DNA from: Myxococcota bacterium
GTDB taxonomy: Bacteria > Myxococcota_A > Polyangia > Polyangiales > Sandaracinaceae
Direction: 5' to 3'
Length of the DNA: 21,688 nt
Assembly: GCA_036149055.1 (NCBI GenBank)
Contig: JAYZQJ010000122.1
Coordinates: 1 to 21,688 of the forward strand
Below the pieces are notes generated by a model. It made no database searches, was not told the DNA's origin, and saw nothing but the letters and a program-made list of their open reading frames with translations. The first letter of the stretch is position 1, and each line of letters opens with the position of its first letter. Shown here in pieces: positions 14,944 to 21,688 of this stretch. Position numbers and translations under genes: made by a program.

Positions 14944-16323
14944 GTGAGCGAGCTCCGCAGCCACGGGCTCGGGCTGCGCGTTCAGATCATGGTCGCGCTC
15001 GGGGTGGGGTTCGCCCTCTCGGTGCTCCTGATCGGGCTCGCGACCGCGCGCCTCGGCAGCCGCGCGATCGACGCCGACCGACGGCAGGCGGCCGAGGGCA
15101 CCGCCGGCGTGCTCCTCGCGGCGGCCGCGCTCGACGCGGAGGGCCGTCAGCGGGCGCTCGAGGCGGCGGTCGCGCGCGGCTCGGTGATCGGCGCGGAGCT
15201 CGAGGTCGGGGGCGAGGTCGCCCGCGCGGGGAGGCTGGACGAGGTCTCGGTCGAGCGCGCCGAAGGCGAGGCCAGGGTGCGGCTCGCGATCGAGTCGGCC
15301 GAGAAGCAGCGCTCGCTCCCGGGGCTCCTCTTCCTCTACGTGGGGGTGACCGCGGCCGCGATCCTGCTCGTGAGCTACGTGCTCCTGACCCGGCTGATCG
15401 TGCGACCGGTGGAGCAGCTGACCCGGGCGAGCGAGCGGCTGGCCCGGGGGAGCGGCGCGGCCCGGGTCGAGATCCGGGGCGCGGCGGAGATCGCGCGGCT
15501 CGCCCTGGCCTTCAACGACATGCAGACCCAGCTCGCGGAGGAGCGCGGCGCGTTGAAGGCGCGCCTGGCCGAGCTCGAGGCGATGACCCGCGAGCTCTCG
15601 ACCGCGCAGCGCTCGCTGGTGCGGAGCGAGAAGATGGCCTCGGTGGGGCGGCTCGCCGCGGGGGTCGCCCACGAGATCGGCAACCCGCTCACCTCGATCG
15701 TGGGGCTGGTGGAGCTGGTCGAGGACGGCGACCTCGAGCCGGACGAGCAGCGCGAGTTCCTGCGGCGGGTGCGCAAGGAGACCGAGCGCATCCACCACAT
15801 CATTCGCGACCTGCTCGACTTCGCGCGCGACGACGCCCAGCCGGACGAGCTCGACGAGGGCTGCGACCTGGTCGAGGTGGTGGAGGACGCGGTGCGGCTG
15901 GTGGGCCCGCAGAAGGACCTCCGGCAGGTCACCCTGGAGCGCCGCTTCGCGGAGGGCTGCCCGCCCGCGCGGGGCTCGGCGGCGCGCATGTCGCAGGTCG
16001 TGCTCAACCTGCTGCTCAACGCCGCCGACGCGATCGACGGCGAGGGCACGATCCGCCTCGAGGTCCGGGAGGACCAGGGCTGGGTCGAGCTGGTGGTGCA
16101 CGACAGCGGCCCCGGCATCGCCGAGGGCGTGCGCGACCAGCTCTTCGAGCCGTTCGTGACCACCAAGCCGACCGGGGAGGGCACCGGGCTGGGGCTCGCG
16201 GTCTGTCACGCGATCGTCGAACAGTACGGAGGCGCCCTGGAGGCCGCGAACGCGCCCGAAGGAGGGGCGCGCTTCGTCGTCCGGCTGCCCGCGGCAGATG
16301 ACCGCGAGGGCCGCGTCGGATAG
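14944..16323 (+). CDS. Membrane sensor histidine kinase (TM-sensor-TM-HAMP-HisKA-HATPase), NtrB-like H-box
   Basis: Two TM helices, HAMP (RPVEQL...EIARLALAFNDM), SEKMASVGRLAAGVAHEIGNPL, QVVLNLLLNAADA, DSGPGI, FEPFVTTK, GTGLGL. Confidence 0.95.
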   Translation: MSELRSHGLGLRVQIMVALGVGFALSVLLIGLATARLGSRAIDADRRQAAEGTAGVLLAAAALDAEGRQRALEAAVARGSVIGAELEVGGEVARAGRLDEVSVERAEGEARVRLAIESAEKQRSLPGLLFLYVGVTAAAILLVSYVLLTRLIVRPVEQLTRASERLARGSGAARVEIRGAAEIARLALAFNDMQTQLAEERGALKARLAELEAMTRELSTAQRSLVRSEKMASVGRLAAGVAHEIGNPLTSIVGLVELVEDGDLEPDEQREFLRRVRKETERIHHIIRDLLDFARDDAQPDELDEGCDLVEVVEDAVRLVGPQKDLRQVTLERRFAEGCPPARGSAARMSQVVLNLLLNAADAIDGEGTIRLEVREDQGWVELVVHDSGPGIAEGVRDQLFEPFVTTKPTGEGTGLGLAVCHAIVEQYGGALEAANAPEGGARFVVRLPAADDREGRVG

Positions 16324-16332
16324 GATGCGGAG

Positions 16333-17097
16333 GTGCCCCGCCGCGTGTCCGCGCGCAACGTTCGCCGACTCCTCCACGGCCTCACGCTGATCGTGGTGTC
16401 GTCGAGCATGGTGGCGTGCACCCTCGACCGCGAGGGGCAGCGCGAGCGCGACTCCGGCGTCGTGGCGATGGACGCCAGCGCGGGCGACGCGGGGCGGGAC
16501 GCGGCCGCGCCGGTGGACGCGCGCGTCGAGCCCGACGGCGGTCTCCCGCCCGACGACGCTGGGCCGCCCGACGACGCTGGGCCGCCCGTCGACGCCGCGC
16601 CGCCCGACGACGCGGCGCCGCCCGACTCCAGCGTCGACGGCGGGGGCGACGGCGGCCTCTCGCTGCCCGACGCCGGCTCCTGCCCGCCCACCTGCAGCTG
16701 CGCCCCCGAGGCCTGCGGGGACAGCTGCACGTGCACCGCGGCCTGTCCCTGCGCGCGCACCTGCGGCGGCGACTGCGACTTCACCTGCACCGGCGCGGCC
16801 CGCTGCGAGCTCGCCGCGGCGGGGGCGAGCAACGCCAACGCCACCTGCATGGGCAGCGCCAGCTGCGTCATCGAGGCCGACGGCGCCTCCAACGCGACCG
16901 TCAACTGCTCCGGCTCGAGCGCGTGCCGGGTGAGCTGCCGGAGCACCTCCAACTGCATGGTGAGCTGCGGCAGCGGAGACTGCGTGCTCGACTGCGCGGG
17001 CTCCTCCCTGGACAACTGCCAGATCACCGGCTGCCCGACCGCGGTCTCCCGCTGCCCGGGGACCGACACCTTCGTCTGCGGGGCGAGCTGCCCCTGA
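16333..17097 (+). CDS. Cys-rich putative lipoprotein with a PPDDAG linker and a 26-Cys repeat domain
   Basis: Signal ...RRLLHGLTLIVVSSSMVA|C, acidic D-A-G linker, C-terminal ~140 aa with 26 Cys in roughly 10-residue periodicity; GC-rich third positions. Confidence 0.85.
   Translation: MPRRVSARNVRRLLHGLTLIVVSSSMVACTLDREGQRERDSGVVAMDASAGDAGRDAAAPVDARVEPDGGLPPDDAGPPDDAGPPVDAAPPDDAAPPDSSVDGGGDGGLSLPDAGSCPPTCSCAPEACGDSCTCTAACPCARTCGGDCDFTCTGAARCELAAAGASNANATCMGSASCVIEADGASNATVNCSGSSACRVSCRSTSNCMVSCGSGDCVLDCAGSSLDNCQITGCPTAVSRCPGTDTFVCGASCP
16546..16629 (+). repeat. 18-bp tandem repeat (4+ copies) encoding PPDDAG-PPDDAG-PPVDAA-PPDDAA-PPDS
   Basis: ccgcccgacgacgctggg twice exactly, then ccgcccgtcgacgccgcg, ccgcccgacgacgcggcg, ccgcccgactcc. 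Confidence 0.85.
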
Positions 17098-17109
17098 GAG
17101 GTACCGAGA

Positions 17110-19545
17110 ATGCGACGAATCTTGCTTTGTGGCTCGCTCCTGTTCCTCGCCGGCTGCGACTGCAGCGGTCCCCCCTCCGGGCAGCCGTGCGAGAGCGAGG
17201 CCGACTGCGAGAGCGACCAGGTCTGCGTGGACAACCTCTGCCAGGCTCGTCCCGACGGCGGCGGAACGGGCACCGAGGACGGCGGAGACATGTGCGCGGC
17301 GGACGAGGTCCTCTGCGGCTTCCGGTGCTGCGCCGCCGGTCAGGTCTGCAGCGCCGGCGTCTGCGCCACCGACTGCGGCGGGGCCCCGGTCTGCGGCGGC
17401 ACCAACTGCTGCGGCGCGGGTGAGGAGTGCCTCGACGGGGCCTGCGTGGTCGAGTGCGCGGACGAGGCCAACCGCTGCGGCACGATGGGCGAGCAGTGCT
17501 GCACCGCCGATCAGGCCTGCCTCTCCGAGGCGTGCGTCGACCTCGGCGATCCCTGCACCCTGACCGAGGAGTGCGACGTCGACGAGATCTGCCTGCCCAG
17601 CCTCATGCGCTGCGTGCCCCGCGACTCGGTCGAGGTCTGCGAGTTCCGGCCGCCGGTCGGCTCCTTCTCGCCGCGGGTCGCGTGTCAGTGGCGCCCGCCG
17701 GCGGGGAGCTCCAGCACCTACGACGATGTCGTGATGACGCCCTCGGTCATGAACCTCACCGACGACAACGGCGACGGGCTGACCAACACGCTCGACATCC
17801 CGGACATCGTCTTCATCGCGTTCGACTACCAGGCCAACGGCTGCTGCACCGCTCGCGGCCGGCTGGTCGTCATCAGCGGCGCCTGCAACGCGGACGGCAC
17901 GATGAACACCCACGCGATCATCGAGGCCCCCTTCGTGGACAACTCCTCGGGCGTGGCCCTCGGCAACCTCCACCCGGACTCGATGCCGGGCGAGGCGAAC
18001 CCGGAGATCGTCACCGTCATCCGCGGCGGCGGCACCATCGCCTGGCGCCGGACCGCCGACGACGGCAGCGCCTGGGAGGAGATGTGGCGCAACACCACCT
18101 ACCCGACCAGCGCGCAGAACTCCTCGGGCGCGCAGCCCTCGCTCGCCGACATCGAGGGGGACGGGCAGCCGGAGGTCATCGTCGGCAACGTGGTGCTCGA
18201 CGGGCTCACCGGCGCGGTCATCTGGGACGGCGACATGACGGTCGGGCCCAACTCCGGCGTCGGGAACAACGCGTTCCTCGGCCCGGCGTCGACGGTGGCC
18301 GACATCGACCTCGACGGGGTGATGGAGGTCATCGCCGGCAACACCGTGTACGACGGCCGCACCGGCGCCGAGGAGTGGAGCTTCACGTACGGGCCCACCG
18401 CGCCCTCGTCGTGTCAGGGCTCGGTGCCGTGCGACGGCTTCAACGCGGTCGGGGACTTCGACGACGACCGCGAGGGCGAGGTCGTCGCGGTGCGTCAGGG
18501 CGAGGTCTTCGTGTGGAACCACGACGGCTCGCTGCTGCACCAGGTGACGATCCCGTCCGACGACTGCGCCCGCAACGAGAGCGGCCCGCCGACGGTCGCC
18601 GACTTCGACGGTGACGGCCGCCCGGAGATCGGCACCGCGGGCGCCGACTTCTACGTCGTCGTCGACTTCGACTGCGTGGGCGACCCGCTCCCCAGCGAGT
18701 GCGCGTCCGAGAACATCCTCTGGACCGTGCCGAACCAGGACTGCTCGAGCCGCGCGACCGGCTCCAGCGTGTTCGACTTCGAGGGCGACGGCGCGGCCGA
18801 GGTGGTCTACGCGGACGAGACGACCTTCCGCATCTTCGACGGCCGCACCGGCGCGATCCTCTACGAGGACACCACGCACCAGAGCAACACCCGCATGGAG
18901 ATGCCGATCGTGGTCGACGTGGACAACGACGGGAAGAGCGAGGTGGTCATCCCCGAGCCGAACCGGTCGAGCGCGACGCTCGGCGGGATCGAGATCTGGG
19001 AGGACATGGACAACAACTGGGTGCGGACCCGCCGGGTCTGGAACCAGCACACCTACCACGTCACCAACATCACCGAGGACGGTCAGGTGCCGCGCCGGGA
19101 GGAGCCGAACTGGCTCAACGGGCGCCTCAACAACTTCCGCCAGAACGTCCAGCCGGGCGGCCTCTTCGACGCGCCGGATCTGCAGGTGCTCGACATCCAG
19201 GTGGGCGAGTGCCTCCCCTCGGGCACGCTCCGTATCGAGGTCACGGTGTCGAACCGGGGCGCGCTCGGCGTGCCGCCGGGGATCGCGGTGGTGGCGCGCG
19301 GGACGCGGCTGCCCGACATGACGGTCCAGGACCTCGGCGTGCAGTTCACGATGACCACGCTCCTGCCGGGTCAGAGCGAGGTGCTGGTCTTCGAGTGGAC
19401 CGAGCCGGGCGCCTTCACCTTCCGCGACTTCACGGTCGAGGCGATCGTGGACGACGACGGCACCGGCGCCGGCGCCTACAACGAGTGCGACGAGGACAAC
19501 AACGCCTTCGTCAGCGAGACGCTGATGACCTGCTCGCTGGGGTGA
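17110..19545 (+). CDS. Lipoprotein with Cys-rich N-terminal modules, an FG-GAP/VCBS-like Ca-binding beta-propeller and a C-terminal CARDB-like Ig domain
   Basis: Lipobox LAG|C; CC...C modules; repeats ADIEGDGQPEVI, ADIDLDGVMEVI, GDFDDDREGEVV, ADFDGDGRPEIG, FDFEGDGAAEVV, VDVDNDGKSEVV; WNQHTYHVTNI; C-terminal PDLQV...VTVSNRG...VDD...ECDEDNN. Confidence 0.9.
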   Translation: MRRILLCGSLLFLAGCDCSGPPSGQPCESEADCESDQVCVDNLCQARPDGGGTGTEDGGDMCAADEVLCGFRCCAAGQVCSAGVCATDCGGAPVCGGTNCCGAGEECLDGACVVECADEANRCGTMGEQCCTADQACLSEACVDLGDPCTLTEECDVDEICLPSLMRCVPRDSVEVCEFRPPVGSFSPRVACQWRPPAGSSSTYDDVVMTPSVMNLTDDNGDGLTNTLDIPDIVFIAFDYQANGCCTARGRLVVISGACNADGTMNTHAIIEAPFVDNSSGVALGNLHPDSMPGEANPEIVTVIRGGGTIAWRRTADDGSAWEEMWRNTTYPTSAQNSSGAQPSLADIEGDGQPEVIVGNVVLDGLTGAVIWDGDMTVGPNSGVGNNAFLGPASTVADIDLDGVMEVIAGNTVYDGRTGAEEWSFTYGPTAPSSCQGSVPCDGFNAVGDFDDDREGEVVAVRQGEVFVWNHDGSLLHQVTIPSDDCARNESGPPTVADFDGDGRPEIGTAGADFYVVVDFDCVGDPLPSECASENILWTVPNQDCSSRATGSSVFDFEGDGAAEVVYADETTFRIFDGRTGAILYEDTTHQSNTRMEMPIVVDVDNDGKSEVVIPEPNRSSATLGGIEIWEDMDNNWVRTRRVWNQHTYHVTNITEDGQVPRREEPNWLNGRLNNFRQNVQPGGLFDAPDLQVLDIQVGECLPSGTLRIEVTVSNRGALGVPPGIAVVARGTRLPDMTVQDLGVQFTMTTLLPGQSEVLVFEWTEPGAFTFRDFTVEAIVDDDGTGAGAYNECDEDNNAFVSETLMTCSLG

Positions 19546-19563
19546 GCGTCGGATCGTGACCGA

Positions 19564-19590
19564 GGCCGCACGCGGGGGGGCCGTGCGGCC
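19564..19590. terminator. Hairpin with 9-bp perfect stem downstream of the FG-GAP gene
   Basis: GGCCGCACG (19564-19572) / CGTGCGGCC (19582-19590), 9-nt loop; no U-tract. Confidence 0.45.
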
Positions 19591-19664
19591 GGCGCGCGAT
19601 CTGCGGTTCCGGGTGAAGGGATCGCTTGCACGCACGGTCGAACCGTCTACAAACCCTGGAATTC

Positions 19665-21566
19665 GTGCGCTACCTGCTCCTCGCCGCCGTCCTGCTCGCG
19701 CCCTCGCTGGCGAAGGCGCAGGCGTGCGTGGGAGAGACCGCGGCCTGCGTCGAGCAGGCCAACCGGATGGTCGACGAGGAGCGGATCGGCGAGGCGGTGC
19801 CGCTCTACCGCGGCGCGTGCAACCGGCGCGACGCGGAGGCCTGCCGAAGGCTCGGCGCGCTCTACGCGCTCGGGCGCGGCGTGCCCCAGGAGCTGCCCCG
19901 CGCCGGGACCCTCTTCGGGCTCGCGTGCGACGGCGGCAACCTGCACGGCTGTCTGCACCTCGGGCTCATGCACCTGAGCGGGCGCGGGGTGGTCGAGGAC
20001 CCGGCGCGCGGCGCGGCGCTGATCGAGCGGGCCTGCCAGGGCGACGTGCCCGGCGCCTGCGACCACCTGGCCCGCTGCTACCAGGAGGGCCTCGGCGTGG
20101 AGGCCGACCCCGCGCGGGCCGCGACGCTCCGGACCCGCGCCTGCCAGGGGGGCGACATCAGCGCCTGCGTCGGCCAGGCCCGGGCGCTCGAGGAGAGCCG
20201 CCCCGAGGAGTCGGCGCGCCTCTACCGGCGGGCCTGCGAGCGACGCGAGGCGTCGGCCTGCCTGCGGCTCGGCGAGATGACGAGGGACGGCGTGGGCTCG
20301 GCGCGCGATCCGTCGGCGGCCAGCGTGTGGTTCGCGCGCGCGTGCGCCGGCGACGTGATGGAGGGCTGCACCGAGCTCGGCCTGCTCCACGAGGACGGCC
20401 GCGGGGTCGCCCGGGACCTCGACCGCGCGGTGCAGCACTACCAGCGCGCCTGCGACGCCGGCCACCTCCGGGGCTGCAGCAACCTCGGGCGCATGGTCGA
20501 GCGCGGCGACGGAGTCCCCCAGGACGTGGCGCGGGCTCGCGGGCTCTATCAGCGCGCCTGCGACGGCGGCGCCCACGTCGGCTGCGCGAACCTCGGGCTG
20601 CTCTACGAGGAGGGGACCGGCGTCGAGCGGGACCCGGCGAGGGCGGCGACGCTCTACCGTCAGGCCTGCGAGGGGGACGCGCCGCTCGGCTGCACCTACC
20701 TCGGGGCGCTGCACGAGGCGGGGCGCGGTGTCCCGCGCGACCGGGCCGAGGCCGCGCGCCTGCACGGTCGCGCCTGCGAGGCGGGCGTCTCGGTGGGCTG
20801 CACCGCGCTCGGCGTCTTGCGCGAGCGTGGCCAGGGCGTGACCCAGGATCTGCCCGCCGCCTCCCGCCTGTACGCCCAGGCCTGCGATCGCGACGACCCC
20901 TACGCCTGCGTCCGGCTCGGCCGGCTCTACGAGGGCGGGCGCGGCGTCGCGCGGGATCCGGCCGGCGCCTCGCGCCTCTATCTCCACGCCTGTGACGCGC
21001 GCGAGCCCCTGGGCTGCACCCACCTCGGCCTCCTCTACCAGGCGGGCGAGGGCGTCGCGCACGACGACTCCGAGGCGACGGCGCTCTTCCGGCGCGCCTG
21101 CGACGCCGACGAGCTGCGGGGCTGCAACTCGCTCGGCTACATGCTCGAGCGCGGCCGCGGCGTGGTGCAGAACCTCGACCGCGCGGTCGAGCTCTACACC
21201 CGGGCGTGCGACGGCGGGCTCCTCCGGGGCTGCAACAACCTCGGCTACCTCCACCTCCGCGGCGACGGGGTGCCGCAGGATCCCGCGCGCGCGGCCGCGC
21301 TCTTCCGCCGCGCCTGCGAGGGCCAGAACGCGCTGGGCTGCAACAACCTCGGCACGCTGCACCTCCAGGGCACCGGCGTGCCGGCCGACCCGACGCGGGC
21401 GGCGGCGCTCTTCGCGCAGTCCTGCGACGCCGGCGAGGGCCGCGGCTGCTACAACCTCGCGCTCCTGCACCGCTCCGGCCGAGGCGCCCCCCAGGACGCC
21501 GCCCGAGCCACCGAGCTCTTCGCCCGCGCCTGCCAGCTCGACTACGAGCCCGCCTGCCGGCGCTGA
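19665..21566 (+). CDS. Secreted Sel1-like repeat protein with Cys-stapled (Helicobacter Hcp-type) repeats, 633 aa
   Basis: Signal (V)RYLLLAAVLLAPSLAKA|Q from GTG 19665; 15 full 36-aa repeats plus 2 shortened ones of the form GCxxLGxLYxxGxGVxxDxxRAxxLYxRACxxx; no other domain. Confidence 0.93.
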   Translation: MRYLLLAAVLLAPSLAKAQACVGETAACVEQANRMVDEERIGEAVPLYRGACNRRDAEACRRLGALYALGRGVPQELPRAGTLFGLACDGGNLHGCLHLGLMHLSGRGVVEDPARGAALIERACQGDVPGACDHLARCYQEGLGVEADPARAATLRTRACQGGDISACVGQARALEESRPEESARLYRRACERREASACLRLGEMTRDGVGSARDPSAASVWFARACAGDVMEGCTELGLLHEDGRGVARDLDRAVQHYQRACDAGHLRGCSNLGRMVERGDGVPQDVARARGLYQRACDGGAHVGCANLGLLYEEGTGVERDPARAATLYRQACEGDAPLGCTYLGALHEAGRGVPRDRAEAARLHGRACEAGVSVGCTALGVLRERGQGVTQDLPAASRLYAQACDRDDPYACVRLGRLYEGGRGVARDPAGASRLYLHACDAREPLGCTHLGLLYQAGEGVAHDDSEATALFRRACDADELRGCNSLGYMLERGRGVVQNLDRAVELYTRACDGGLLRGCNNLGYLHLRGDGVPQDPARAAALFRRACEGQNALGCNNLGTLHLQGTGVPADPTRAAALFAQSCDAGEGRGCYNLALLHRSGRGAPQDAARATELFARACQLDYEPACRR

Positions 21567-21619
21567 CCCTGCCAGCGCTGACCCCGCCAGCGCTGACCCT
21601 GCCAGCGCTGACCCTGCCG
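21560..21619 (+). repeat. 15-bp tandem repeat x4 (GCGCTGACCCTGCCA) beginning at the Sel1 stop codon
   Basis: gcgctgaccctgcca / gcgctgaccccgcca / gcgctgaccctgcca / gcgctgaccctgccg; each unit carries an in-frame TGA. Confidence 0.92.
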
Positions 21620-21688
21620 ACTCGAGAGGTGGGAAACGATGGGGGGGCACCCCACGCCCGCTTCCACGACGACCGACCCGAGACGACG

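Noticed and set aside
14839..19635. 1598-aa minus-strand ORF
   Set aside because: Antisense shadow of three + strand genes that share a frame; V/A/G/H/R-rich with no domain motifs.
21560..21619. CRISPR array or selenocysteine readthrough interpretation of the terminal repeat
   Set aside because: Units are 15 bp, contiguous and without spacers, and there are no cas genes; the TGAs do not sit at Cys positions and I see no SECIS-like hairpin.
19647..21650. 667-aa minus ORF with GSALA repeats
   Set aside because: Antisense to the Sel1 gene; its repeats come from the 15-bp VNTR and the Sel1 periodicity.
21639..21688. Possible start of a next gene (ATG GGG GGG CAC...)
   Set aside because: Only 16 codons are visible at the window edge with no recognisable motif.

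Overview
Very GC-rich, gene-dense window. Its content (two Hanks-type Ser/Thr kinases, Cys-rich and FG-GAP lipoproteins with DAG/DGG linkers, an FHA protein, a sigma54 promoter) suggests a myxobacterium, probably Polyangiales/Sandaracinaceae-like; this taxonomy is inference. I can support 17 CDSs. In order: a cytoplasmic Ser/Thr kinase (-); typA, a PHA-granule-region protein, a short acyl-CoA dehydrogenase-like protein and a hypothetical (+); a minus-strand block (in transcription order: sigma54-driven membrane-anchored Ser/Thr kinase, MarR regulator with a perfect palindromic operator, carotenoid-oxygenase-family dioxygenase, signal peptide-vWA-TM-FHA protein); an Uup-like ABC-F ATPase (+); a small Tat-signal protein with a 35-of-52 arginine tract (-); an SGNH lipoprotein (+); an FMN-binding general-stress protein (-) divergent from malQ (+); then an orphan HAMP histidine kinase, a 26-Cys repeat lipoprotein, an FG-GAP/CARDB lipoprotein and a 17-repeat Cys-stapled Sel1 protein (+). 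No rRNA, tRNA, CRISPR array or mobile element was seen. Best leads: the Tat-exported poly-Arg protein, a possible split receptor (vWA-TM-FHA plus an ectodomain-less kinase) flanking a MarR-dioxygenase cassette, a disulfide-rich envelope cluster behind an orphan kinase, tandem repeats that duplicate stop codons, and a recurrent leaderless-promoter signature.
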